Source of the DNA: a virus
Taxonomy: Duplodnaviria; Heunggongvirae; Uroviricota; Caudoviricetes
Length of the DNA stretch: 64,000 bases
Virus record (IMG/VR): IMGVR_UViG_3300033553_000816
Strand: one strand, 5' to 3'
Positions 53,331 through 62,987 of this stretch are shown in pieces. Below the pieces are notes generated by a model. That model searched no databases. It was given only the letters and a program-made list of their open reading frames with translations, and was not told where the DNA came from. Position 1 is the stretch's first letter. Every line of letters starts with the position of its first letter. The position numbers were made by a program, and so were the translations under genes.

Positions 53331-54047
53331 TTACCCGTTCCCCTTAGAGAGTGTACTTGTTTGATTAGTATTGCCTTCCCGGTTATAATACTCAATAGTT
53401 GGTTTACCACCGGGGCGAATGGGAGCACCATTTACATACCATTCTTTTATAGCTAATATTCCATTCTCATAGTAGCTGATTACAGCTGGTTTACCATCTT
53501 CACGATGATTTTTGTTGTTTTTAATCCAGACTTCGCGCTCTAAGTTGCCGTTTTCATAGTAATGTACAAAAGCCGGTCTATCGCCATCACGATTCATTTT
53601 ATGGCCTTCTTTCCACATTAAAGTGGACTCTTTACCACTTCTGTAATATGAAACTGTGGTTGGTTTATCACCCCTACGAAAAGGCATTCCGTTTTGGTTC
53701 CAGTGGTTGAGTTCAACTTCACCGTTATCGCGGTATAATATATGTGAAGGTTCATCATTATAGTCCCTGTGGTTAAGACTACTATCGCCCTCTTTAACCC
53801 AACTTTCTGATGATATTATTCCGCTCTTGTTATAGGACCTTTGATACGTTTCGCTTCTGATGCCGGGTCGTAAAGTACTTAAACCGATTTCGACATTACC
53901 GGTACCTATTTTATTTAGAATGTCAGACATGTCTCTGATGATAGCTCGGCGGATGATCACACTTATTGTACCACCCTCATAGGCAGCCTCAATTAGAACT
54001 AACATATCCGAAGCGGTTGCAATATTTTCCATTAAACACATCCTCAA
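53331..54047 (-). CDS. Family B MORN-like repeat protein
   Basis: ...RRAIIRDMSDILNKI..., then repeats ...FRRGDKPTTVSYYRSG...NRDGDRPAFVHYYENG.... Confidence 0.8.
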   Translation of the reverse strand: MRMCLMENIATASDMLVLIEAAYEGGTISVIIRRAIIRDMSDILNKIGTGNVEIGLSTLRPGIRSETYQRSYNKSGIISSESWVKEGDSSLNHRDYNDEPSHILYRDNGEVELNHWNQNGMPFRRGDKPTTVSYYRSGKESTLMWKEGHKMNRDGDRPAFVHYYENGNLEREVWIKNNKNHREDGKPAVISYYENGILAIKEWYVNGAPIRPGGKPTIEYYNREGNTNQTSTLSKGNG

Positions 54048-54186
54048 GGAGCTTCACTACGGGGTTCCTAACAGCTAAGAAAACGAGTATAATAATTATA
54101 GGCAGAGTAGCTTCAAAAATAGCTCCCTTGTTTTTACGAAAACTAAACTCATTTAATAACAACATTATATCTAGCACACCCAACAC
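53989..54186 (-). CDS. Small membrane protein
   Basis: 65 aa with two hydrophobic segments, sitting in the gap between B sub-arrays. Overlaps the end of 53331..54047, so it is uncertain. Confidence 0.25.
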   Translation of the reverse strand: MLGVLDIMLLLNEFSFRKNKGAIFEATLPIIIILVFLAVRNPVVKLLEDVFNGKYCNRFGYVSSN

Positions 54187-54187
54187 G

Positions 54188-54376
54188 CTAACCTATCACG
54201 GCACGCTTTAGATTGTTATAAGTATAAATCACTAAAACATAAGGAAGTACTATCGGCCATACTGTGATTATGTATGGGCTGAGTTGGTCAACCCGATTAG
54301 GCTCTGTTCTGCTCAAAGCAAAGAACCCAGCTGCGTTCATAATGAGCACAAAAAATACGATAACTACTGTTAACAC
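54188..54376 (-). CDS. Small membrane protein (2 TM)
   Basis: MLTVVIVFFVLIMNAAGFFAL...ITVWPIVLPYVLVIYTY. Confidence 0.35.
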   Translation of the reverse strand: MLTVVIVFFVLIMNAAGFFALSRTEPNRVDQLSPYIITVWPIVLPYVLVIYTYNNLKRAVIG

Positions 54377-54491
54377 AATAGGCCACCAATCTGTTTATAT
54401 AATACTGAAATTATATCACAAATAGGCCAGCTGTTACGCTTTTAAGGGTTTCCGCGTTCTATATGCCATACGCTCCAACCTTCGATTATAT

Positions 54492-55094
54492 TTATATTAA
54501 TGTATGCCTAATAGAATTATCTTCGTTATAGTATATGACTTTTGGTTTACCGGATTCCCTGTAACCTTGGTTGTTTACCCACCATTCTTCCGCTAGGATT
54601 TTACCGCTCTCATAGTACGCTACTATAGCTGGCTTATCCCCATTGCGGTGCGTCCCGTTGTTCTGCCCCCAACGCGCGGAGCATATTCTACCGTTAGTAT
54701 GATACTCTATTACAGCTGGTTTATCCCCGCTGCGGGTCACTATTCCGTTTTCAGCCCATCGTTCAAAACTCACAGTGCCGTTACTATAGTAATGTATGGC
54801 TGCTGGTTTATCCCCTTCACGATGTGGCCTATCTAAACCGTCGTTCTCATGCCACTCTTCTGAGGATATTGTCCCACCAAAATATTTCCTAATATACCCT
54901 GAAGCTTTTAACTCTAGATGAACGTTAAAACTCCGTAAAGATATATTGTTTGTTACATCCCCGGAGTAGCTAATTGCGTCAAGTATTTCGGACATGTCTT
55001 TAAGAAAGATTTTACGATCCTGGGAGGTTATTTCCATATGTTCAACAGCCCTGTCTAGATGAGTTATGAAAGCAGCGGCAGTTATTTCATTCAT
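54492..55094 (-). CDS. Family B MORN-like repeat protein
   Basis: AAAFITHLDRAVE...RKIFLKDMSEILDAIS, then repeats ...HREGDKPAAIHYYSNG...RSGDKPAVIEYHTNG.... Confidence 0.8.
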   Translation of the reverse strand: MNEITAAAFITHLDRAVEHMEITSQDRKIFLKDMSEILDAISYSGDVTNNISLRSFNVHLELKASGYIRKYFGGTISSEEWHENDGLDRPHREGDKPAAIHYYSNGTVSFERWAENGIVTRSGDKPAVIEYHTNGRICSARWGQNNGTHRNGDKPAIVAYYESGKILAEEWWVNNQGYRESGKPKVIYYNEDNSIRHTLI

Positions 55095-55687
55095 AATATA
55101 ACCACTCCGTCTTCCCTGTAGTACACAGATTCTGGTTTATCAGATTCCCTGTACCGCTGGTTGTTTTTCCACCATTCTTCATAAGATATTCTACCGTTCT
55201 CATGATATCCTACGTTAGCTGGTTTATCGCCGTTCCTGTGTATTCCCCCTGATGACCACCATTGCTCATAAGCTTTTCCGCCATTCTCATAATAAAATAC
55301 TGCAGCTGGTTTATCGCCATTTCTGTGTATGCCTTTATCATAGTCTCTCCACTGTTCGGTTTTTTTATTTCCGTTATAATGGTACTCTATTAAAGAAGGT
55401 TTATCGTTAGGTCTACAGTTAACACCTTTCCATAACCATTGTTCTGACTGTAGCGTGTACTCATAGTAAATCCTCACATAAGTTGGTCCGTTAACGACAA
55501 CATACCCGTCTCGGCCAGAAGTTATCTTTACAGCAGTGGTTGAATCGGGTGTTTCATTTAAGGCATCCAGAATGTCAGACATGTCGCGTAACAGGATCAT
55601 GCGACCTTTGTTATCTAAGCCGTTGTTTGTAACAGCTTCATCTAACATGGTTAAGAAATCAGACGCTGTAATTTGTTTTTCGCTCAT
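55091..55687 (-). CDS. Family B MORN-like repeat protein
   Basis: ASDFLTMLDEAV...RMILLRDMSDILDALNE, then repeats. Confidence 0.8.
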   Translation of the reverse strand: MSEKQITASDFLTMLDEAVTNNGLDNKGRMILLRDMSDILDALNETPDSTTAVKITSGRDGYVVVNGPTYVRIYYEYTLQSEQWLWKGVNCRPNDKPSLIEYHYNGNKKTEQWRDYDKGIHRNGDKPAAVFYYENGGKAYEQWWSSGGIHRNGDKPANVGYHENGRISYEEWWKNNQRYRESDKPESVYYREDGVVIL

Positions 55688-56381
55688 CGTAAGAACCCCT
55701 TCCTCTTTCCGTATATGTCATAAGGTTTGGTTTACCTGCTTTGCGGAATATTTTCCCACTTCTTCTCCAACTTTCTTCGCTGACGTTACCGTTATCGTAA
55801 TACTTTATGATAGCTGGTTTATCATCATCACGGTGCCACAGCCCTTTAATGGACCACCCTTCGAATATTATTATGCCTTTCCGGTTGTAGTTAATTTCAG
55901 CTGGTTTGTCGCCATCACGATGTTTTGTATCATCAGTGAACCATTCTTCTGATAATTTCTCACCGCTTCTGTAATATTTTATGCGAGCTGGTTTATCGCC
56001 ATCATGATTTAATTTACCGTACTCTATCCAAGATTCTTCCACTACAGATCCTGTGTCTTCTCCATAAATTATTTTAGCTGGTTTACCTCCCAGCCGGTGT
56101 GTAAAAGTGTTCATATGCCATTTTTCAATCGACATTTTTTGGTTATGATAATTCCTCTGGTAGTTAGCGCTTATGAATTCTAAAAACCCATTCCCGTAAT
56201 GAGTTATTCTGATTTCCTTACTGCTGGTTTCGCTTTTGGAGAGATTAGGGGCAGGGGCGGCGGCATCAAGGATTGAAGGCATTTCTTTAAGTAGAAAAAT
56301 GCGCTCCTGGTTGGTTATTTTACCCAACTGAACATGGCTATCTAAGCTAGCTAAGAAATCAGCTGCGTTCATCTCTACCAT
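55659..56381 (-). CDS. Family B MORN-like repeat protein
   Basis: AADFLASLDSHV...RIFLLKEMPSILDAA, then repeats ...HRLGGKPAKIIYGED...HDGDKPARIKYYRSG.... Confidence 0.8.
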   Translation of the reverse strand: MVEMNAADFLASLDSHVQLGKITNQERIFLLKEMPSILDAAAPAPNLSKSETSSKEIRITHYGNGFLEFISANYQRNYHNQKMSIEKWHMNTFTHRLGGKPAKIIYGEDTGSVVEESWIEYGKLNHDGDKPARIKYYRSGEKLSEEWFTDDTKHRDGDKPAEINYNRKGIIIFEGWSIKGLWHRDDDKPAIIKYYDNGNVSEESWRRSGKIFRKAGKPNLMTYTERGRGSYDERKTNYSV

Positions 56382-56457
56382 ATGCGCGGCACTGCTCCTA
56401 CTCTGAAGGTATGCGCTTCAAGGTTAACTATGATAATATCTGTCGGGCATTTTAACA

Positions 56458-56718
56458 TTATATCTCCATAGAAGATATGCGGTTACAGCTCCGGCATATC
56501 CAATGTAAAGAATGGTCGTCATGTACATCTTCGTTATATAAGTTTATGGTGTACTCAATGTAATTAAAATCAGGGTCCTCAGCGATTTTTTCATCTATTT
56601 CAGCATCAGTTAGCACCGGGTAGTAAAGTTTACAGTCTATATCTGGGTTACCGCCGAACAGTCTTTCCTGCTCACCTATGGTACAGAGTTTCATAACAAC
56701 AGTTTTTTCTTCAGTCAT
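56458..56718 (-). CDS. Family C small zinc-ribbon protein (paralog of 62537..62782)
   Basis: MTEEKTVVMKLCTIGEQ...DCKLYYPVLTDAEIDEKIAEDPDFNYIEY...HWICRSCN. Shares the C..C ... YYPV.T..EIDE....PDFNYI......HWIC..CN core. Confidence 0.7.
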   Translation of the reverse strand: MTEEKTVVMKLCTIGEQERLFGGNPDIDCKLYYPVLTDAEIDEKIAEDPDFNYIEYTINLYNEDVHDDHSLHWICRSCNRISSMEI

Positions 56719-56818
56719 TTTGCCACGCCCTTAAATATTTTCCTCAATCGATAATATATACCTATCGAGCATACGTCTACAATAGATTATAGCACCTTAC
56801 GAAGTTAACTTCAACTGT

Positions 56819-57247
56819 TTAGTAAACATCTTCTTGAGTGTCCGCATCTGCGCTGTAGTTGATAACAGCTGGTTTGCCTCCGCTGCGCATTATCGCATTT
56901 CTTTTGAACCATGTAGCAACGCGCCTGCGCCCTTTCTTATCATATACTATGCGGGCAGGCATATCACCTTCACGATGGGTTTTATTCTCTAGGAGCCATT
57001 CTTCTGCGGCAATAATACCTTCGTCAGAATAATACCTTGTGTAAGTATCAGTTTCAATAGATAAGAAATATCCGGGTTTTCTCCCTATGAATATTTCTTG
57101 TGCAGGTCCGTTCTCTTTTGTTTTATTTAGCATGTCCGCCATGTCATGTAGAAGGATTTTACGCTCATCTTCGGATATTGTTTCAGTTTCGACTTTTGTC
57201 TCTAATTCAGCTAAGAAGTCAGACGCTGTTATATCATGATTAACCAT
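56819..57247 (-). CDS. Family B MORN-like repeat protein (short)
   Basis: ASDFLAELETKVE...RKILLHDMADMLNKTKEN, then ...HREGDMPARIVYDKKG.... Confidence 0.75.
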   Translation of the reverse strand: MVNHDITASDFLAELETKVETETISEDERKILLHDMADMLNKTKENGPAQEIFIGRKPGYFLSIETDTYTRYYSDEGIIAAEEWLLENKTHREGDMPARIVYDKKGRRRVATWFKRNAIMRSGGKPAVINYSADADTQEDVY

Positions 57248-57298
57248 CTTATGTTAACAGAGCTCCTGAAATGAATTGTTGCTGGCTTATATCGGAAA

Positions 57299-57742
57299 TT
57301 ACCAGTGGTGCCGTTCGGTTGTTCTTTCTTCACCGTTCTCATAGTAATGTACAACAGTTTCTTTATCTCCTTTACGGTAAGCTTCTCCGTGATGGAACCA
57401 ATGTTCCATTTTTTTGTTACCGTTCTCATAGTATCTGATGGACGCTGGTTTACCGCCGCCCCTGTGTTTCAGCTTCTCATACATCCAGAACTCACGCTCT
57501 GGCCTGCCGTTCCCACGATAAGTTACATCATAGTTGTTGCTACTAACATCAAGGTATCTTTCTGTTCCTATCCTGAAGGTTCGGATAGTTAAATATTCTA
57601 TAACCCCGTTCTCGCTGGCTTTATCTAAAATATCAAGCATATCTCTCAACAGAGTTTTTCGTTCACTGTCAGATATTAGCTTCTCAGTATGCGCTTTCTC
57701 TATTTCAGTTATGAAATATGTTGTCGTTATTTTATCCTTCAT
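57299..57742 (-). CDS. Family B MORN-like repeat protein
   Basis: Likely start MKDKITTTYFITEIEKA (the track start is 57769). ...RKTLLRDMLDILDKASEN. Confidence 0.75.
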   Translation of the reverse strand: MKDKITTTYFITEIEKAHTEKLISDSERKTLLRDMLDILDKASENGVIEYLTIRTFRIGTERYLDVSSNNYDVTYRGNGRPEREFWMYEKLKHRGGGKPASIRYYENGNKKMEHWFHHGEAYRKGDKETVVHYYENGEERTTERHHW

Positions 57743-58202
57743 CTGCGTATCCTTGCTGTATGCCATCAACCCAGTGCTCTTCTCTCATAACAGTTCCATC
57801 GGGTCGATAAAAAATTGCTGCCGGTAAACCATTATCACGATGTTCATCCCCGGAGGAGAACCACTCCTCAGATTTTATTTTACCGTTTGTATAGTAGTTT
57901 ATTACAGCTGGCTTATCTCCGCCTCTATTCTGAGCGCCTTCCTGGTCGTTCCATTCTTCGCTAGCTATAACCCCTGTTTTGTAGTACCCTCTGATGTAAC
58001 CAAAACTCACAACAAACGCGTTATGTTCAAGAAAAACTGTGTTAACTGACGAGTTTGCCATATAGTTCTCGTTTATTTTTTCAATAATGTCGGACATGTC
58101 GCGTAAAAATATTTTACGACCTTTTTCTGAAACCCTACCGTTTTTAACTGCTGTTTCAACACGGGAGATAAAATCAGCTGCGGTTATTTTATCTTTCATC
58201 AC
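57732..58202 (-). CDS. Family B MORN-like repeat protein
   Basis: MMKDKITAADFISRVETAV...RKIFLRDMSDIIEKINEN. Confidence 0.8.
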   Translation of the reverse strand: MMKDKITAADFISRVETAVKNGRVSEKGRKIFLRDMSDIIEKINENYMANSSVNTVFLEHNAFVVSFGYIRGYYKTGVIASEEWNDQEGAQNRGGDKPAVINYYTNGKIKSEEWFSSGDEHRDNGLPAAIFYRPDGTVMREEHWVDGIQQGYADEG

Positions 58203-58205
58203 TGG

Positions 58206-58667
58206 TTACCTATTCCGCCTGGAGCCGTTAACCCAGTACTGTTCGTTTATGATTAAACCATCATTATTGTAGGAAACTAATGCTGGTAGGTTATTCTCAC
58301 GGTGCTGGAGGCCATGTAAGTGCCATCCTTCACTTTGTATTTTACCGTTTTCATAATATTCAATTAGGGCAGGTTTATCATTACGCCTAGATAAGCCCTT
58401 TTCGTTAGTCCATTCTTCGATAGCTATAACTCCTGTAATATAATAAGTTCTCACGTATCCTGAGCTTATAATAGCTGTCCTATATTTGAAAAAATCTGGG
58501 AAATAGATATTTACAGGGCCGCCTATGTACTGCTCATTTATTTTATCAACAATGTCAGACATGTCCCGTAGAAGAACTTTTCGGCCCAGCTCTAAAACTT
58601 TATCTTCCATAATGGCTTCTTCAATACCGGATATGAAATCCGCTGTGGTGTATTCTGTGTGGCTCAT
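58206..58667 (-). CDS. Family B MORN-like repeat protein
   Basis: TADFISGIEEAIMEDKVLELGRKVLLRDMSDIVDKINEQ. Confidence 0.8.
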   Translation of the reverse strand: MSHTEYTTADFISGIEEAIMEDKVLELGRKVLLRDMSDIVDKINEQYIGGPVNIYFPDFFKYRTAIISSGYVRTYYITGVIAIEEWTNEKGLSRRNDKPALIEYYENGKIQSEGWHLHGLQHRENNLPALVSYNNDGLIINEQYWVNGSRRNR

Positions 58668-58686
58668 TACTTAGTCCTATCAGATT

Positions 58687-59331
58687 TTAATTCCGGCGTT
58701 GTACTCGGCTACCGGTGACCCAAAATTCTTCTTCCGCAATTTCACCCTGCTGGTCATAAATTATTCTAGCTGGTTTACCTCCGTCACGATGTATTTCACC
58801 TTTACGGTACCATTGCTCTAGATAAACTTTTCCGTTCTCATAATACTCTATGTAAGACGGCTTGTCACTGTTACGCTGCCGGATACCCCCTTGCGCCCAC
58901 TCTTCTATGTTAGGCTGATTATTATGACCATACATTATGTAAGACGGCTTGTCGTCCTCACGGTTGCGAACACCTTTGTATCTCCATTCTTCTATGTCTA
59001 GCTTGCCGTTCTCATCATATGATATGTAAGCTGGTTTGTCGCCCTCTCGATGTAACTCCTTGAAGTCGTTGTTCTTATACCAAACTTCTGTACTGAGCTT
59101 ATGGTTATAATATGTTCTGACATATCCGGGGAGTTTGAGTTCGAAGAAGTTACCAGCGCCCACCCCTGATCTTATGGATATTGTTTTTTCTGTTCTTCTC
59201 CCGTAATAGATTGAATCTAATATGGCAGGCATGTCTTTGAGTAAAAGTTTTCGCTCCTGGTTACCTATGATCCCTTGTTCAATAGCTTCATCCAGGTAAG
59301 CTAAAAAATCAGCTGCGTCCAGTCTGCTCAT
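58687..59331 (-). CDS. Family B MORN-like repeat protein
   Basis: AADFLAYLDEAIEQGIIGNQERKLLLKDMPAILDSI, then repeats ...HREGDKPAYISYDENG.... Confidence 0.8.
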   Translation of the reverse strand: MSRLDAADFLAYLDEAIEQGIIGNQERKLLLKDMPAILDSIYYGRRTEKTISIRSGVGAGNFFELKLPGYVRTYYNHKLSTEVWYKNNDFKELHREGDKPAYISYDENGKLDIEEWRYKGVRNREDDKPSYIMYGHNNQPNIEEWAQGGIRQRNSDKPSYIEYYENGKVYLEQWYRKGEIHRDGGKPARIIYDQQGEIAEEEFWVTGSRVQRRN

Positions 59332-59356
59332 AAATCTTACCTTCCTTAATGTTGTT

Positions 59357-60175
59357 CTAATATTTAACTTTAATGCCTAAGGTAATGCGGTGGTTCTTCC
59401 CTCCGAAAGTACTTCCGTTAACCCAAATCTCTTCTGTTGTTACATTACCCTGCTGATCGTAAACTATTTTAGCTGGTTTGTCATTATCCCTGTTTATTTT
59501 CCCATGAGTTTCGGTGAACCAAACTTCTCCCCATAGTTTACCGTCCTCATAATATTTTATGTGCGCAGGTTTATCATCAGCCCTGAATTTAAGACCTTCT
59601 TTAAGCCACTGCTGGTTCTTCACCTTACCGTTATTATAGTAATTTATGACAGCTGGTTCATCACCATCGCGATGTGTTTTACCTTCTTTAACCCATTCCT
59701 CTAAATAAGGTTTACCATTTTCGAAATACGCTATTTTAGCTGGCTTACCCCCGTCACGATGAAGTTCTTCATCCCTATACCAATGCTCTATGTGCACTTG
59801 GCCGTTTTCGTGATAGCTGATAGCTGCTGGTTTATCACCAGACCTGTTAAGCATCTCGTTGATACCCCTAAAAGTTTCGCGCTGAAGGCTGTAGTTAGCA
59901 GAATACACTCGTGTGTACATTTCACTTTCAACTTTCAACCTACCTTCATAGTTGTTATTGAAAATAATACGACGTGAAGGGGTGCCGTTCTCATGTGCTT
60001 TGTTGAGGATGTCTGACATGTCCCGTAACAGTATTTTGTAATCCTGAAGTGAGATGCGGTTGTTCTCTAAAGCTTCCTCAGCTTTGGTTATGAAATTAGC
60101 TGCGCTGCTGTCATTAGCCATATCTGGGTTTTTGGTTGACTTTATTGTGTAGTTGGGACTGAATGATATTTTCAT
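59357..60175 (-). CDS. Family B MORN-like repeat protein
   Basis: AANFITKAEEALENNRISLQDYKILLRDMSDILNKAHEN, then about 7 repeats. Confidence 0.8.
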   Translation of the reverse strand: MKISFSPNYTIKSTKNPDMANDSSAANFITKAEEALENNRISLQDYKILLRDMSDILNKAHENGTPSRRIIFNNNYEGRLKVESEMYTRVYSANYSLQRETFRGINEMLNRSGDKPAAISYHENGQVHIEHWYRDEELHRDGGKPAKIAYFENGKPYLEEWVKEGKTHRDGDEPAVINYYNNGKVKNQQWLKEGLKFRADDKPAHIKYYEDGKLWGEVWFTETHGKINRDNDKPAKIVYDQQGNVTTEEIWVNGSTFGGKNHRITLGIKVKY

Positions 60176-60181
60176 AGCGCT

Positions 60182-60853
60182 TCACCTCGTGACTGTACTC
60201 GGTTTGCCGTTAAGCCGCTGGTTGATACCGTTATGGTACCATATTTCTTTTGAGACACGGCCATCAGAGCTGTAACTAATATGCGCTGGTTTATCATCAT
60301 CGCGATGCCGCCTACCTTCCGAATGCCACTGTTCGAGTACTTTTGCGGTACCTTCATTATTATACATTATAAGTGACGGTTTGTCATCTTCTCGGTCATG
60401 TAAATTATTTTCAAACCATTGTTCAATGGAGACAGTGCTATTCTCATTGTAAAAAACCATAGCTGGTTTACCATCAGCTCTTACTAGAACATCTTCTTGG
60501 AACCATTCCTCAGAGATGATATTCCCTTTCGTGGTGTAAGCTATCCTCGCTGGTTTATTATCGTCACGGTGAAGTTCACCGGAGCTGTTATAAAAATGCT
60601 CTATTCTCAGTGTGTTCGGCGGGGCGTAATATGTTCTCTCGTAACGTGAGTTAGATATGGAGAGAACCTCTTCTTCTTGTTCTATTCTTAAATTCTCGTC
60701 GCTTTTACCTTCGTTGAACCTATCCAAAATGGTTGACAGGTCATCTAGCAGCATTTTCCGGCTGTCATTTGAAATGGTACCCTGCTCGAAGTGGGAATCT
60801 ATTTCTGATAGTAAGGTCGCGGCGTTATAGAAGATATCACTCATGTTAAACAC
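60182..60853 (-). CDS. Family B MORN-like repeat protein
   Basis: AATLLSEIDSHFEQGTISNDSRKMLLDDLSTILDRFNE, then repeats ...HRDDNKPARIAYTTKG.... Confidence 0.8.
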   Translation of the reverse strand: MFNMSDIFYNAATLLSEIDSHFEQGTISNDSRKMLLDDLSTILDRFNEGKSDENLRIEQEEEVLSISNSRYERTYYAPPNTLRIEHFYNSSGELHRDDNKPARIAYTTKGNIISEEWFQEDVLVRADGKPAMVFYNENSTVSIEQWFENNLHDREDDKPSLIMYNNEGTAKVLEQWHSEGRRHRDDDKPAHISYSSDGRVSKEIWYHNGINQRLNGKPSTVTR

Positions 60854-60883
60854 CCCTTGCTGAATCTAATATCGGAGATAAAC

Positions 60884-61585
60884 TTAATCATCATTTTTAA
60901 CAAAAGCTATCTGCTCACCGTACTCAAACCATTCTTTCGAAGTTACCTCACCGTTTTCGCGATATTCTATTACAGCTGGCCCACCGCTATCACGATGAGG
61001 AGCCCCTTCATCTTTCCATGCTTCTTTAGCTACCTGACCGTTATAATAATATTTTATATAAGCTGGTTTATCTCCGCCTCTAGACATGTTCCCTTGGGCA
61101 TACCACATTTCACAGTATATTTTTCCATCAGCAAAATACTCTACATAAGCTGGTTCATCCCCATTACGATGCCTCTTACCGTTTTCGAACCAATATTGTA
61201 ACTCTATTTCACCTTTTGTGTGATACCTAATATATCCGGGGTAATCTTCGAAGCTGTGACGATCTCCTCTTTTGTTAAAAGTTACTTCATCAGTCAGCAC
61301 CCATTCGGGACCATACATATCTGAGTAATGTATGGTGACATAATTGTTTTGGATTGTGAGTAGAGCCTCTTTAGAAAACACAAGTAAACCGCTGTGATGG
61401 CCTAATCCTGGTCTGTTTAATTTATCTAAAATTATTGACATGTCACGCAACATAATTTTACGTTGAGGTTCGGAAACTTTATCTTCTTTTACGCCAGAAT
61501 TTATGGCAGCAATAAGCTCAGCTGCGGAATGTAAGCTTCTGCCCATCGCCATAATCCTTTCGTATGGTTTAACTGTTACCGGCAA
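60884..61585 (-). CDS. Family B MORN-like repeat protein
   Basis: AAELIAAINSGVKEDKVSEPQRKIMLRDMSIILDKLNRP, then repeats. Confidence 0.8.
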   Translation of the reverse strand: MPVTVKPYERIMAMGRSLHSAAELIAAINSGVKEDKVSEPQRKIMLRDMSIILDKLNRPGLGHHSGLLVFSKEALLTIQNNYVTIHYSDMYGPEWVLTDEVTFNKRGDRHSFEDYPGYIRYHTKGEIELQYWFENGKRHRNGDEPAYVEYFADGKIYCEMWYAQGNMSRGGDKPAYIKYYYNGQVAKEAWKDEGAPHRDSGGPAVIEYRENGEVTSKEWFEYGEQIAFVKNDD

Positions 61586-61652
61586 TATCGCCTTACCTGC
61601 CTTGTTAAAAATATTCTACTGAAGTTCTCTCGCCTTTTGCGAACCACCCTTT

Positions 61653-62528
61653 CTAATACAGCTCACCGTTTTCACGATACATTACCATAGCAGGCATGCC
61701 ACCCTCTCGGTGAAATTCACCATGGACGAACCATTCTTCTTTAGCTACCTGACCGTTTTCATAGTATTCTATTGTAGCAGGCCTTTCATTATCGCGGTGG
61801 AATTCACCAAGGTTGAACCATTCTTCTGAAGCTACCTGACCGTTTTCGCTATATGTTATAGTAGCAGGCATGTCACCTTCTCGGCCAAGTTTACCATGGA
61901 TGAACCATTCTTCTGAAGCCACCTGGCTGTTTTTATAATATTTCACACAAGCTGGCTTATCGCCGTTACGGTAAAAAGATTCTTCAGTTTTCCATTCTTC
62001 TAAAGCAACCTGTCCGTCAGGGTAATATTCGATACGTGACGGTTTTCCGCTGATACATGCGGTACGCCCCCATTTCCACCATTCTTCTTTACGTACCTGG
62101 CCATTTGAATAATATTCAATATAAGCGGGCTGGTCGTTATCGCGATGCTGCGCGTGCTCGAAATGCCAGTACTGCTCTTCTGGTGTGCCGTCAGGGTAGT
62201 ATCTCGCATATGAAGGCTCACCCTGGAAACTATGGTAACCCTGCCCGCCTATGAGGGTTTCCTCTTCAACCACTCCCCAATCAGATCTTCCCTTATTTGA
62301 ATAGTAGATTCTAGTGATGGGGCTGCGCACTAAGAGTTTTCCCCCTTGATCGCTTATAACTATACTCCCGTAAGTAAGTATTTTGGGCCTATTGAATTTC
62401 TCTAGAAGAGAAGGGATATTACTTAACAACATTTTACGTTGAGGTTCAGAAATAATACCTTCCTCTATACTAGAGTTTATTGCGGTAAGCAGCTCAGCGG
62501 CTGAATAGAAACCTTTACGTGTTGACAT
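61653..62528 (-). CDS. Family B MORN-like repeat protein (about 10 repeats, longest)
   Basis: AAELLTAINSSIEEGIISEPQRKMLLSNIPSLLEKFNRP, then repeats ...HRDNDQPAYIEYYSNGQVRKEEWW.... Confidence 0.8.
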   Translation of the reverse strand: MSTRKGFYSAAELLTAINSSIEEGIISEPQRKMLLSNIPSLLEKFNRPKILTYGSIVISDQGGKLLVRSPITRIYYSNKGRSDWGVVEEETLIGGQGYHSFQGEPSYARYYPDGTPEEQYWHFEHAQHRDNDQPAYIEYYSNGQVRKEEWWKWGRTACISGKPSRIEYYPDGQVALEEWKTEESFYRNGDKPACVKYYKNSQVASEEWFIHGKLGREGDMPATITYSENGQVASEEWFNLGEFHRDNERPATIEYYENGQVAKEEWFVHGEFHREGGMPAMVMYRENGELY

Positions 62529-62536
62529 GGGAAACC

Positions 62537-62782
62537 CTACGCGTCGTCGTACTTTGCGTCATTGCAGTACTCACATATCCAATGTAAAGATTCGTCGCCG
62601 TGAACCTCATCCTCATAAGCGTCCCGACTAAAGGTTATGTAATTAAAATCAGGGTTCTCTTTGACCCGCTCATCTATCTCCTGCAGAGTGAACACAGGGT
62701 AATAGACTTTACAGCGTTTAGATCCTGAACCCTCAAGCCCGAGTTCACATACCTTAACTATGCGCGTGTCTTCTGTTGCCAT
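62537..62782 (-). CDS. Family C small zinc-ribbon protein (first gene of minus-strand array)
   Basis: MATEDTRIVKVCELGLEGSGSKRCKVYYPVFTLQEIDERVKENPDFNYITF...HWICEYCN. RBS AAGGGAAC. Confidence 0.7.
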   Translation of the reverse strand: MATEDTRIVKVCELGLEGSGSKRCKVYYPVFTLQEIDERVKENPDFNYITFSRDAYEDEVHGDESLHWICEYCNDAKYDDA

Positions 62783-62987
62783 TTCCAGTTCCCTTAGTTT
62801 CTTAAATAACTGCTGTTTATCTTAGCATAAAATTCTCTGATAAACAATAGCGGTCAATTTAACCTCTTTAGAACTTATTATTGTACCACTGGTCAAAGTG
62901 GTCTTTTTGGATTTTTATTAGTGGTTTAGTGTAGCAACTTATGCCGATATCCGTGGTATAATATGAAAATAATACGATAGGATACCA

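Noticed and set aside
46611-62254. Plus-strand ORFs within the B array (e.g. 46611..46949, 47294..47593, 49491..49820, 50140..50382, 51475..51810, 52369..52614, 53966..54211, 55536..55952, 57305..57592, 57534..57827, 59759..59977, 60857..61201, 62057..62254)
   Set aside because: Antisense to conserved MORN-like paralogs, with hydrophobic low-complexity translations.
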